Assembly: GCA_043228905.1 (NCBI GenBank)
Contig: JBHGNT010000001.1
Location: forward strand, 4,216,001 to 4,280,000
DNA from: Azolla caroliniana
Taxonomy: Eukaryota; Plantae; Polypodiophyta
Length of the DNA: 64,000 nt
Direction of reading: 5' to 3'
The notes under the pieces were generated by a model. The model saw only the letters and a list, made by a program, of their open reading frames with translations, searched no databases and was not told the DNA's origin. This document shows positions 1 through 12,548 of this stretch, piece after piece. Numbering within the stretch: position 1 is the first letter of the stretch; each line of letters begins with the position of its first letter. The position numbers and the translations under genes are program-made.

Positions 1-1381
1 CATTGCCTTTAACCACAGCCTCAAACTGGCCTTGGCGAGGAAGCAACATTAAATATTCAAACAATGAGATTTATTTTGATCTTGTGGAAGAGATGGATGC
101 CATAATCAATAGGTAAGCACACCATTTATTTAGGAAAATGTAAGATATAACATTTAGCTTCTGGTGTGTTTTCATTGAGACATAATCATGGATGGTGTAG
201 GGATGGATTCCTGGTGAAGTATGAAGTATATGGAGAAATACGCGTGAATGCTCGACTTTCAGGTGTACCAGATTTGACGCTAATTTTTGCCAATCCATCA
301 ATTATGAATGATGTTAATTTCCATCCATGTGTTCAATATGAACCTTGGGATACTCATAAGATACTATCTTTTGTCCCACCTGATGGTCAGTTTAAACTCA
401 TGAGCTATAGGTAGATTTCACTACATCATTCTTGTTTCACCTAAATCTTTTACGTTGAATATGTTTGCCTCTGATTTCAACTTTTGGCGTTATGGTCATA
501 AAATGCAGAATAAAGAATTTGAAGAATACTCCTGTATATGTGAAGCCTCAATTTAGCTCAAGTGACGGAACATGTAGGGTGAATGTTGTCGTAGGTTTAC
601 GGAATGATCCAGGAAAACCCATAGACTGCATGACAGTGGAGTTTCCTTTGCCGCCTTCAGTGACAACATGGGATCTTACAGCGAATCATGGCACTGTTTA
701 TAATCTGTCTAACTCTAAGGTAAGAAGAATCAGTTTTGGATATGGTTTTTTTCACTCTTTAGTCAAGGCATATGGGTATAATGTGGTGAAGGCATTTCAA
801 TTACAATCGAGTTAAGGCTTTAATATATTAATTTGGAGAAACACCAATACATACCCCTAGGTTCTTGTATATTTACCAGAATAATCCTCTGTTTCGAAAC
901 ACTTACAAAATTACCTTTTGAGTTTTTTTAAGAATTTCAAATTTAATTTGGCCTAAGTAATTTTGATGGCTAATTTTGTTATCTTTCAAAAACTACGGCA
1001 TATCATGAAAAAAATGCAAAACATTAGGAGTGTATTGGTGTTCTTTCCTACTTGTGTCCCTTAGATATCTCAAGTTATCCACATTTTCAGCTTTTTAACC
1101 ATATATTTTTACTTGGTTTTTTGTTCCCTATACAGATAGTTTCATGGACAATAGGGAAGATTCCTAAAGATAAATCCCCATGCCTCTCCGGGACTATGCA
1201 GCTTGAAAAGGGTTTGGAACATTTACAAGAATTCCCGACTTTACTTGTAGCATTTAAAATCATGGGCGTTGCCATGTCGGGGTTGAAGATCGACAAGACC
1301 GAGGTTCGGAATGTATCATACAATCCTTATAAAGGTTTTCGTGCCGTAAGTCGAGCAGCTAGCTACGAAATTAGAACCTAG
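1..1381 (+). CDS. AP3M: AP-3 complex subunit mu (clathrin adaptor medium chain), 5'-truncated by window edge; exons ~1-112, 201-410, 509-719, 1136-1381
   Basis: GT-AG joins give a continuous frame: WPWRGSNIKYSNNEIYFDLVEEMDAIINR|DGFLVKYEVYGEI...LSGVPDLTL...FHPCV...LSFVPPDGQFKLMSYR|IKNLKNTPVYVKPQ...|IVSWTIGKIPKDKSP...PYKGFRAVSRAASYEIRT*. These are mu-homology-domain motifs typical of plant AP3M. Confidence 0.92.
835..1048. mobile_element. Small degenerate MITE-like element (imperfect TIRs) in last AP3M intron
   Basis: Left end GGAGAAACACCAATACATACCCCT; reverse complement of right end GGAAAGAACACCAATACACTCCT; AT-rich interior; no clear TSD. Confidence 0.5.
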
Positions 1382-3142
1382 TTGAACTTGATCTTCATAA
1401 GCTTTACACTTGGACATTCACATATATTTCTTCTTTGAATTCTCGGTTTTGACATTGTTGGGTCATTTTATCTATTGAATTGAGGCTATTGATGAATTCC
1501 TGAAATCTCTTTTGGGTTTGAACACTTTGGAGTTTGTTTTTCTGTTTTAATTCATTCAATTTTTGTTGGTTTTCAGACATATTCTTTTATGTGTAGACCT
1601 TGTCATGTGGCTAGATACTTACAGATAGAACCACTCCTCCTTGAGTATACTTACCTTCTTAAGCTTCATATTCATTATTACCATCATTCTTTGTAAGTAT
1701 AAAATCTTCGATTGTATCGTCAGTTTTTGGAATAGGAAATATGAAAGACAATAATATGGCCTACAGGGTGACGTCTTAACGTATATGCTAAGTCTTTAGC
1801 CTTATCCAGATTTAAGATATCCAGAATATCTATGAGCTAACTTACTACTGAAGTTTCTTTTTCATTCTAGAGTTTTTCTTTTAAATGATTCATATATAGA
1901 TGGGCCTTTTGCAACATGTTCTACTGCCATATATGCTTTTTATTTAGTGCCATCATTTGATTTTGACCTCTACTCATAGTTAACCTACTACATGTCTAAA
2001 AGGTTTTCTATGTTCTCTCAGTAACTTTTCTATCTTTGATGCTAGCTGTATTGTCCATCTCATTGATCAATTATCCACCTTGTATCCATACACAACGTTA
2101 AATAGCAACATTTTGATGCATGATTATGTATCTCGGCAATGATTCCTTTCGTTGAATAGAGTTGCATACGATATTTTTTTTTTGTATTTGCTAATTCAAT
2201 TTTAGGATTATATATGTTTTTAGTTTTCTCCATCGATATTTGGAGTCCGATGTGATAATAGAGATCAACAAATTGGAAGCAAGAGGAGGGAAAGTTAGGA
2301 TAGAGACAAAGTCATGGACCAACAATGGTGTGGAAACTAGTGTCAATGGGACAAGTTTGCACATTGGATGGTAGCTAGAAGAAATCAATATGAAATTAGA
2401 CACATATGTATATATGTCTATCTATAGACCCCTAGGTTTGAGAAATGTGCAATAGCCAACAAGTTTTAATTATGCTATTTCGATCAACGGGAAACAACCC
2501 TCAAAGGAGTCGAGGTAATATTCGATGCTGAAAATAAAGCGAACTCATCATCACTTGTTATGGGTAAATGATTCTTTTTTCCAAAAACGTTAACCATTCT
2601 TGATTCTTGAATATTTTTGTTATGGTTTGTAAAGGAGGGGGGGAGCTATTTAATAATTACCATGTGTTGGGAGTTTACTCGAGACGATTGGAAGATTCCC
2701 TTGTGCCAGAGGATTGAGGTGACATGCTTTGGCTTGGTGTGTCACTCGAGGGTCCCACGATCTTCTAGATATTTGCTTCAACATTTCACATGTGGGTATA
2801 CACTACCGCTCCATCTTTTTCGTCCGTCGCTATGTGCACTCAATGATCAATGCAATGTTGTGGTGTTCGTCCTTGTCTTGACTTCACCTATTCACTCATG
2901 AAGACTCGAATGCTCCGGTTAACCTACTTTCCTTGGGTTATACTTTTGAGTGTCATGAGAAGCTCTTTACATTGGCCTTCTCAACATTGAGCCCACTTCT
3001 TTTTCTCATAAAAATAAGAAGAGGAAAGCAAAAAGCAAAAACCTATGAGTAGGATGGATACCTTTATGGGTTATAGCCTACATATAATAGTTAAACCCTA
3101 ATTCAAGCTATGAGAAAGGAACATGTAAGTCATGATTTTGTA

Positions 3143-3500
3143 GTACTCGAGAATTACAGGGTTGCTTTTGTAAAGTTTTTCTTATGGTTAAAGAGATTTT
3201 AAGGAATTTGAGGTGGGTGGCCCCATTCATTCTTCTCATCTGTCTATACCTCTTTATGAAGAATTTAGTAGTTTGGTCAGTGTGATCAGTTAGATCTGAT
3301 TAGTCTTATATAAGTATGTCTATAATAAGTACTCGAGAATTATAGGGTTGCTTTTGTAGAGTTTTTCTTCCATTATATGGTTAAAGAGAGTTTAAAGGAA
3401 TTTGAGGTGGGTGGCCCCATTCATTCTTCTCATCCATCTATCTCTTTAGTACGAAGAATTTAGTAGTTTGGGCAGTGTTATCAGTTAGATCTATTTAGGC
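3143..3500. repeat. Imperfect tandem duplication (~185 bp x2)
   Basis: AGTACTCGAGAATTA(C/T)AGGGTTGCTTTTGTA...GGAATTTGAGGTGGGTGGCCCCATTCATTCTTCTCATC...GAAGAATTTAGTAGTTTGG occurs from ~3143 and again from ~3328. Confidence 0.85.
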
Positions 3501-4127
3501 ATACATATATAAGTATATCATAAGCATATGTATATTTTGGGCTTTGTGATTAGCTAAATCTGATTAGTCTTCTGTGAGGATATATATATATTTAGCATAT
3601 TTTGGGCAGCGTGATTAACAGAGCTCATTAGTGTCTCTGTCAGCCAGATCGGGGCGTGGTGTGATGAGCAGAATCAAACGGGATAATCAGCTCATCGACT
3701 GTGTTTGTGTAAGTGCATTTAACATTGGGGGTACTGTGATTCATAAGCAGTTTGGCTCAGGATAATTAAGCAAAATAGGGTCTAGGGTGCAGGAGGCTAA
3801 TTTAATTAGCAAAAAAAAAAGGGGCAGGCGCAAGAAGGTAAAGATAAATATAGCAACCTCTTAACCTGAAAATCGGGTTAAGCATAAGGAGGGGTAATTG
3901 GCAGTCTCTGGGTGGTGGTTCACACTGTAAAGGAGTGGATGGTGGTGATTAACAAAGGTTACTGGGTTTTATGCAGAGTGAGGAGGCCTGGGGGTGATTA
4001 GCAAAATTGTGGGGGAGGGGGGGGGGGGGGGGGGGCTTTGCAATCAAACGAGGGGTGATTAGCAAAATTGGGGGGTGATTAGCAAATTGGAAGGGGGGGG
4101 TAATTCAGTGAAAGGAGTGGGGCCAAA

Positions 4128-4490
4128 ATGGCAGGGGCAGGGTCTGTGGGGATGCTGTTCGTGGTGCTGGTCATCATAATAGTGCTGGGTTTGTTGGCGG
4201 GGCTGGTGGCGAGGGTGTGCGGGGGCCGGCATTTCGCAGGTCTTGGGGAGTACGATTTCGAGGGCTGGGTGGAGCACAAGTGCGCGAGTTGCATTGACGG
4301 ATCGTTGCCGCCCCCGCCCCCGCCTCCTCCGGCACCGGCACCGGCACCGACAGCACCGAAGCCCACGGCTGGGGCTGGAGCCGAGGCCGAGGCCGCCAAT
4401 GTGAAACCGCCACAGGCCGACGGGAGGAAGGAAGAGAAGGAGGCGCCTCCGCCTCCGCCTCCACCGCCACTCACCACCATTACCTCATGA
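4128..4490 (+). CDS. Small single-pass membrane protein with Pro-rich tail (conserved uncharacterised plant family with D-x-EGW-x-E-x-KC-x-SCID motif)
   Basis: Intronless GC-rich ORF with ATG in AAAATGG context; N-terminal TM helix (LFVVLVIIIVLGLLAGLVARVCGG), then YDFEGWVEHKCASCIDG and poly-Pro tail; followed by an AT-rich 3' UTR with (CAT)n and (CTT)n repeats. Confidence 0.85.
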   Translation: MAGAGSVGMLFVVLVIIIVLGLLAGLVARVCGGRHFAGLGEYDFEGWVEHKCASCIDGSLPPPPPPPPAPAPAPTAPKPTAGAGAEAEAANVKPPQADGRKEEKEAPPPPPPPPLTTITS

Positions 4491-4564
4491 ATCAACACCC
4501 AACAACAACAACATTCAGTCAGGATTCATAAACTCAAAAATTCATGTAAGGACCCCCCATCATT

Positions 4565-4599
<35 letters not shown>

Positions 4600-7500
4600 T
4601 TACTGCTGTACGGTGCACTTTTGAACCATACTCCCAATATTCCATCATTCACTTGCTTCTCTTAAATTGCACTTTCCTTTCCCCCAACTTTAAATTATCA
4701 CACATTACATATTCCTACTTTTTGCTTCTTCTTCTTCTTCTTCTTCTTCTTTTTGGGTTGTAATTAGGCTTGAATGTAAATTTACTCCATCGTCTTTTCT
4801 TTTCAGTAAATGCGTTTTACTATTCCAGCTACTTCATATACATTATACATTTGTTGATGATCCATATCTTTATCTCTGGTTTTTGTTGTGTGTGTGTGTG
4901 TTTGTGTGTGTGTGGCCCACATTAGGGTTTCTTTTCTTTTCTTTTGAGCTCTCATGTTGGTGCAACATCATTGGCAATGCATTTTTCCGTAGTACCCTTC
5001 CAACTTCGAAAGCCCAGCAACTCATAGTGTCCATAGCTCCTAAATATCAATCAATCAGAGTCTTAGTGACGTGATAGTTTGGTTCACAAGAAAAACACCC
5101 CACACTCAAAGTCCCGGCCTTCTACCTTGCCTTAATCTCTGGTCCACACGGTTTGTTAAACCCCTTCGGAAAGAGTTCTATACACCTCCTCAATTGTAAC
5201 TCACTCTTGAAATGACCTCCCACAGCAATGTGTCATGTTATCCTAGCATTCCACACTAGAATGGTTCTCGTTTTTATAAGCATTGAAAAAGGAAACACGG
5301 ATTCATACATTGCCCTTTGAATATTTAAAATATATACCAATATAGGTATGTGTGGAGGGGAGGATCTCAATCGAGGTGTCAACTAGTCTTATTCATAGTA
5401 ATATTATGTCAATGTCGTTTTTCATATTATTATGGGTCTTATGCAGATGAAAAACTCAAATTCCTTGACTTTGATAATGTGCCATGTCAATTGATAGCTA
5501 GTTTATTACATTGTAAGGTTCATGTCATAAAATAGCTTTAATTTTGCTAGCAATTTCTTTGTCTAGAACTACGTTTATAAATGGATGCACCAAGTTGCAG
5601 TCTTTCGACAATTCGTAACAAGATACATTTGTGTGAAACACATTTGTAAATCGGTGCATAATTATGGTTGAAATAAGAATAACTTTTCATCATTATCATT
5701 TCCTAGAAAGATCGCCCTTCAAAACGAGAAGGGTGCCCTTCAAATAGAGGGATTGGATATTGGATAATTGAATGCCTCTAAAATTCATGTTCTAGAGATC
5801 GGGAGAAAGTAAATATCATTTTCAGAGGATGGGGATTTACACTATACATCATGTACATCGATGCAATTTCACCAAATAAAGTGAGCATCCATGTGAAAAG
5901 GTCACATGTGGGCTTACACATTTCATTCCGAAAAGCCATTTTACTATTGTGATGTCCATGACTCCATTTTATAATCTTTATTTCACTTGAAAAGACGTTG
6001 TTTGTCATACTTTCATCTGTGGCATAGCAATTGATTACTTTTTTCACATGCCTCAAAGTGGAACATTGTGACCCAAGTTTCACTCGGAGTTCTATCAATA
6101 TATTGTATGGTAACATGCAAAGAGAGAAACTTAGGTATGAGCATTTATTTACATCCATGAGATATGAGTTGAAATCATGTTGTATCCCTTTCCTTATGGA
6201 TATCAATGGCAAATTTGAGGACAATTGGTAGTCCAAATGTACCAATGTGAACCAATGTGTACATGCACGTGCCCACACCATAACTCAAGCTTGTCTATAT
6301 GTAGCATTGTGGTCAATTGATGATAGTCCACATATCACACTTGGTCACAAATTAAAACATAAATAGAAGATATATATTTGATAATTGTGGGAGGGAAATG
6401 GATTGTGTTCTCCTTGTGCGCATCGGAATAAAGAATTTGCTTGCGTGGTAGCCATTGTGTGGATAAGGCCATCATAAGTTATAACTTATAACCATGTCGC
6501 CATATCTTGATATGTATATACTTCTCAAAAAATGTGCTAAAGGCCTAAAAAGTAAATCAATTTTACAAAATAAGGTATAAAGGTTGCAAAGAAACTACAA
6601 AAGCTAAAAAGGATCAATTGAGGAGTCTAACCAAATAAGCTCTCTCCATCCACAATTGATAAGTTTCTTATTTTTCCACTTAACTATGTATCATTTTATC
6701 ATTTGAATAAAACACATTTGTAGAAAAATTCCAACTATAGGACACTTTGCAAAATGTTTATGCAAGACCAATTTTACGTGTCAAAACATAATCAAGAGGC
6801 TTAGAATCTAAGCACTAGATATTCATAGGACTCTACTCCGTTGGATCTGAGCCTTAATCTTGGTATCCTTAAATATGTAAGTAATATGGTTCATTGTTAG
6901 AAGAAACAAGTAGGAACAAGGCATTCTATGTTAAACCACAATGAAGAGAACAACTTCATACAGTCATTTAATTAATCTTATAAGCAAATGTGTCCATACG
7001 ATCATATTACTATATATAGGTAAAACTTAAGCCTTATAACCAAATTAAAAGCAATTGATCTATTTTTAGGCTTATCGTCAAGCATTAAAGGAGATTACTT
7101 TCAAAGAGAACATTTGCAAAAAAATCCATTACTACACATCAACCCCCAAATGCGTATTGCAACATAAGAGTGTTAGCAGTATCAACTTTACGAAATATGT
7201 CGAACGTTGCATTGTGGAAAGAATTTGAATAAGGCTTTCTAATTCGTTGAATTTTTAGGTCTTTTATGTTTACGCATATCCCAACTACAATCATTACTAG
7301 ATTGCTTGGTGTCAACATCCGTTATAGTTATAATGAATATGATGACCAAGGTAGAGTATTATCCCAATCTCCACACAAATGCTTTGAATGACATCTTTCA
7401 CTTTAAAGCATTCGGAACCATGTTGACTACGAAAATAAGAAAACATTATGCAACGATGCTTTGCATTGCCTAGGTAGAGAGTGAAGACATAATAAAGCAA

Positions 7501-10500
7501 ACATACATTGACAAGGTGTGGATATTAACCGGGCCAAAACAATGGATATAGTGTAACCTTCAAAAAGAGGGAGGCATATTACTTCATAAAATAGCTTTAT
7601 TCCTAGTTTTAAGGCTTTTTATATGAATCTCCTACTATGCTTTGGAAGTCTATATACTCCTCCTCAAAGAGGAGATGTTAAATATCATAACACTTTTCCT
7701 ATAATCCAAATAAAAATACTTCTAAGGTACGAATTGATCGGTACCCAACACTGATCTGGCTATTCAATGAAGTTGCGAATAAATGGTTGTTGAAATGCAT
7801 TGAATTGTAATAGCATACAATGACTAAAATATTTGATGGAGTCCAGCATGATTTCGTTTAGAGAATGACATGTTAGAGACACTACCCCTTATATGTCTTT
7901 TGGTTTGATTAAAACATGACATTTAACTATTAGATGTAACCAATGGATTATGGAATGAATGGTATTTGCCAACATGTAAAGGAAGTAGCATGTACTCATT
8001 AAAGAAAATAATTTTCGAGTTGAACCCAACATGGTTTTCATATCATGAACAATATTCGTTGGATAAAGAAGGAATCATCCGCGAATGCCATACAATAAAT
8101 AGCTTGTTGACAATTGTAGGCTATATGTTCCTTCACATCACAAACTAGTGTGTGTGTGTGTGTATACATATATAAATCAATATGTTTGACCATGCTATCA
8201 AAGCATACAAAAAATTACATTTTAAAAACATCGTGATTAAAGGTGAGAACCCCATTTTAATGTTTTTCTTGTGTGAAGTCTTACCATATGCAAGTGACAT
8301 AAACAAATGTTGTGATTAAAGATGAGAAACGCATTCTATGCACTCTACAATTGAGTGACTGACTTATAGAATAATTGATAATTCTCAAACTAGCAAGACA
8401 TATCTTATCTTAATGGCGTAGGATGGAATTGAATTATCATTACAATGAGACAAAAGCATCCAACAGTATAAATCCAAACATTGTTGACATGCCAACCAAA
8501 CCACAAATGAATCAAAGATGTAAAAGGAAAAATGGGACCAAAACCTAGCTTAACCAAAACTTGGAACTCGAGCATCATACAAGAGGGTAGGAAAATGGTG
8601 TCCAATCTAGTCAAAGAAAGTAAAAGGTACAAACACTTGGCACAAATTGGGATTATGCACCGACATGGGACAATCGCAAGCCAAACATCTACAATAACCC
8701 AATAAAAGGGGAAGGGAGCACAATCATATCCGTTAGAAAAGCCGAAACATAAATCAATTGTGCTACATGCTACTCAAACAGGAAAATCCAATTGATATGG
8801 TCTTCAGTTCTACTTAAAGTAGGAACCCATTAAAAAGAAAAGATGATATTTCATCATTGCTAGACAAATATCTTGTGCACAAAGCCGTTAAAATGAAGAG
8901 AAGTTAAACTCTCATTAACCAAACCCAATTTGCTAAACTAGCAAAGTGGAATTAGATGAATCTATAAACAATACTCTTGATTGCCGCCATGTAGAAGAAA
9001 AACATATCATCACAAACATCCACCTCTAAGAAACAACTTATCACCCGATGAATCTAGAAATGCCATGACGCATTAGATACTTCTATTCACTAACCTTGGT
9101 GCCCTTAGAATCCCCCATTCCGTGGACACTTTTTTCCGGTATCTGGACATTAGTCTACACGAAATAACAATTGTGTTTATCTCCGACAAAGACTTGTAGC
9201 TCAAAAAAGAACAATCTATGTCAATGGCTAATAAAAGTATGTCAAGGCCTTCAATTGATGTAACTTCTCTCCAATATGTTGGTAATTAGAGAGGGCACTT
9301 TACATCTCTATTGACTTGTACAAAAAGTCATTGATTTATGTTGACAAGGGAGAACATCTTGAACTATGACCAGACCAAGATAGGTAATTTGATTAAATTG
9401 AATTTTCGGGGTTAGGGGAGGGGGGGATCTCCTTACCATCATAATGAATGAATCCACACTTATGCAAACACATACACACACCCTCTATCCTTCCTCCATT
9501 TGAATTCCTTCTATTTTTATTTGTATGTACCCAATTTTTGTCCTTTTAATTTATGCTGCTTTTAAATTTATCGATAATAGGACTATAATACTTGTTGCAT
9601 TTAAATGATATAGGCTTGTTAATTGACACTTTAAAACTTGGGAGGCATCATTTGTTTTCTTGTGAAATACTTTCCCAAGAAGCATTAGACATAATTATAA
9701 GTCAATTGGGTTATGAGTGAATACTTGACTGAAACCCTCTTCGTGCAACAATATGTACATATGTTGAGTTACACAAAATGCCATGCATTGTCCCTAGTAG
9801 AGGTCCGAGGAAGTAGTATGTAATACATGTATTATCAATTATACGAATATTAAAATGTTTTGGAAAATATGGTGAATACCCCAAAGACATGTGGTATTGT
9901 CAATTATACTTTTAAGTTTTACCTACATTGAATTTGCGGAAAACATCATACATACCCCTGGACCTTGGGCCCTAATATATGAGGATGAGCTTCAATTATA
10001 CGATCATACAAACTAATAGCTTTATAATGCAGCATAGAAATTGACCCACTTACATTATGTGGCAATTAACGGACACTCATAGAAGATATTTTGACATCCA
10101 CATGATGCAAAAACTTAGAGACAGGCATCGACGATAAGTTAACATATTATTAGCTCACTTAGGTGCATTCATTCGTGGTAAAGCGAAAACTATGTTGAAC
10201 ATCGAAGTCATAATCATAGGTTTCCTGAATACAAGAGACGAGAGCCATCGAGCATCGGCACGAAAGCACGGGGGTAAAGACGAGTAGGGTGTGGTGTGCG
10301 ACGAGGGGTCGAGCAACCAACGCGATGGACAGGCAATGACGAGGAGGGGGGGGGGGGGGGGGGGGGGGGGTAATAAACCCACCGAAGAAGGAGAAGTGTG
10401 AGTGACGGTTGAGGGGGTACGTAGGTTAGATGGGGTGGAGGGTTACGTTTACCCACGAGAAGAGGGTAAAATCAATATTGATCGATTGTTATGTTATATA

Positions 10501-10601
10501 CGTATGTATATATATATGTTACGGGCGGGAAGGTGTGAAAGGCCACAGGAGAGGACAAGAAAGGCCAATGTGTTAGAGAGTTGTGTGTTGTTATGAATTC
10601 C

Positions 10602-12548
10602 TTAGAGGCCCAACAAGTAGCGGCAAAGTCTCATGAGGCGCCACCTCTTGGGGCACGGCCTTGACGATTCCGACGCCGCAGCTGCCGCCGCCGCCGCCGC
10701 CGCCTTGTAGGCGAACCTCATGGGCGGGGGCCTCCGCCGCCGCCGATACTCATGCTCGCCGCCTTCATCCGCCCCCCTGTTGTTGTAACCCATCGGCGAC
10801 GCCGGCGCCGGCGACGAGATGAGGCAGTCTGGGCACAGCCGCTTCGTCGCCGCCCGCGACAGCTCGTCGTGCACCCACAGCCGCTGCCCGCATCCCGCAC
10901 ATTGCGCCGTCGACGACGACGGCGCCGCCGCCCTCCTCGGCGTCGTGCCACACGCTTCCGCCGTCTGATGATGCTCCTCGCTCTTGTTCCTCGCCAAGCC
11001 GGAGATGCGTGACCACCACTTGCCACCGCCGCCGCGCCGCCGCCTCATCGCCGTTTGCTCTGCGCCGGCGCCGGCGCCGCCGGTGGCGTAGTAGCTGTTG
11101 TTGTTCATGTTCCCGCCGCCCATCGCATTCCCTTTACTCTCGCTGACATAGCCCAGAGGCCCCGAGAACGCCTCCAATTCCATCATCCGCTCGCTCGTGG
11201 CGGTCGTCCCGAACCCGCTCTCGTTCGCGCCAGGGCCGCCGCCGCCCCCTCCTGGCCGCCGGAGGCCTCCGCAGCCCCCCCATTCGCAGGCGGCGCACGA
11301 GTATCCGGCCGTCGCCATATGGCTCAGCTCCTCGTCCATGAACGCGCCCGCCGCAATGGCCTGGCATAGGAGCATGTACCGCCCCTGCCACGTCCAAGGG
11401 TTGTGCTGGTGATGGTGGTGCTGGTGCTGGTGCTGGTGCTGGTGCTGGTGCTGGTGCTGGTGCTGGTGGCCGAATCTGAGATGCCCGCTGCCTGAGGAAG
11501 GGTCAGTGCCGCCCATCGGGAAATTGTTGTCTGGGTATCGGCAGAATTGAGCCTCCTCTGCTGCTGAGGAGTGATGGTGAAGGCGTCCATTGAATTGGCC
11601 ATCGCCCTCAGCTTCGAATCTGTGTGCCGGTGCAGCTGCCGGTGGTGGGGGCTGATCTGGTTTCACCTTCTTCTCATACAGTTCTTGCTGCCAGCTATAA
11701 TCCCGGACAACGGCGGAACGGCGGCCGAAGGAATGTGATCCGCCGCCGCCGCCGCCGCCGCCGCCGCCCCTCATACTGCCGCCGCCCACATTCTTTGCTG
11801 CAGAGCCATTGCTGTGGCTGCCCATCACGGGAGTGGTCGAAAAGCTCCCGCAATGCAAACACCGCACGTGTTGTAGCGGCTGCCTACTGTATTGGCCACA
11901 GCTGGTCTCAACAGAAGGCGAGGAATTAACCCTAATCCCATCCACAATGCGGGCCCCATCGGCAGAAACCCTAATTCCATCGTAATCGGGCTTGGCGTGG
12001 CTGGCACAGGAAGAGAACATGATGTGCTGCTGCATCTTGCTATTCCCCCACCGCCCGCGCTCGCGCATGGACAATGTCCGGGCGTCGGGGTTCGTGATGG
12101 AGCGGCCATCGTCGGCCGCCGCGACAACTGCAGAAGAAGCAGGGGGATTGGTGGCCATCCTCTGTTGCTGCTTCTTGATGGCCAGGAGAGCCCGATGCAG
12201 GGCGGCATTGGGATTGGTAGCATCATTGAAAGAGCGGGGCCGGGTGGACGGAGGAGGAGGAGGTGAAATGGGCGATGGCTTCGCGGCTGCGGAGGAAACT
12301 CGGCCAGGTTCCGGACGCTCCTTCGAGTCCTCCTCGAATTCTCGTGGCCGGCATCGCAAGGGACCCGAGTAATTGCTGGAATCGAAATTCCTGGTGCTAC
12401 AAGAAGTAGTGGTGACAGTGGAAGAGGTGGATTGAGGAGGGTTGCTTCCTCTTCTCATATTAGCGGATATATTAGAAGCTATGGTTTTATGGATCCCTAA
12501 TTCTGTGTACTCATGGTCATGAGGAGGAGGAGGAATCATCATCATCAT
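10602..12548 (-). CDS. Intronless low-complexity 648-aa protein of unknown function (HQ repeat, SGPL motifs, CxxC-x18-CxxC, basic amphipathic C-terminus)
   Basis: Uninterrupted 1.95-kb GC-rich ORF in an AT-rich background. First ATG is at 12548 (the ORF track starts at TTG 12572), with an in-frame TAA upstream. A (TC)n tract and a likely 5'-UTR intron acceptor (AATACAG near 12630) lie upstream. Confidence 0.8.
   Translation of the reverse strand: MMMMIPPPPHDHEYTELGIHKTIASNISANMRRGSNPPQSTSSTVTTTSCSTRNFDSSNYSGPLRCRPREFEEDSKERPEPGRVSSAAAKPSPISPPPPPSTRPRSFNDATNPNAALHRALLAIKKQQQRMATNPPASSAVVAAADDGRSITNPDARTLSMRERGRWGNSKMQQHIMFSSCASHAKPDYDGIRVSADGARIVDGIRVNSSPSVETSCGQYSRQPLQHVRCLHCGSFSTTPVMGSHSNGSAAKNVGGGSMRGGGGGGGGGGSHSFGRRSAVVRDYSWQQELYEKKVKPDQPPPPAAAPAHRFEAEGDGQFNGRLHHHSSAAEEAQFCRYPDNNFPMGGTDPSSGSGHLRFGHQHQHQHQHQHQHQHQHHHHQHNPWTWQGRYMLLCQAIAAGAFMDEELSHMATAGYSCAACEWGGCGGLRRPGGGGGGPGANESGFGTTATSERMMELEAFSGPLGYVSESKGNAMGGGNMNNNSYYATGGAGAGAEQTAMRRRRGGGGKWWSRISGLARNKSEEHHQTAEACGTTPRRAAAPSSSTAQCAGCGQRLWVHDELSRAATKRLCPDCLISSPAPASPMGYNNRGADEGGEHEYRRRRRPPPMRFAYKAAAAAAAAAASESSRPCPKRWRLMRLCRYLLGL
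11403..11468 (-). repeat. Coding hexanucleotide repeat (CACCAG)n encoding a His-Gln tract
   Basis: (TGCTGG)n on the + strand, translating to HQHQHQHQ...HHHHQH. Confidence 0.95.

Noticed and set aside
4059-4498. Minus-strand ORFs over the small membrane-protein gene
   Set aside because: Antisense shadows; the + frame has the TM helix and the conserved family motif.
5540-10100. Decayed coding-like intergenic sequence, including the 167-aa ORF at 5778-6281
   Set aside because: Probably old TE debris, but I see no recognisable domain, termini or splice structure.
10824-10900. CxxC-x18-CxxC as a GATA zinc finger
   Set aside because: The spacing matches plant GATA, but TPxWRxGP and LCNACG are absent.
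10718-12372. Many overlapping Arg/Pro/Ala-rich ORFs on both strands
   Set aside because: Shadow ORFs caused by the high GC content and GCC repeats of the 648-aa gene.
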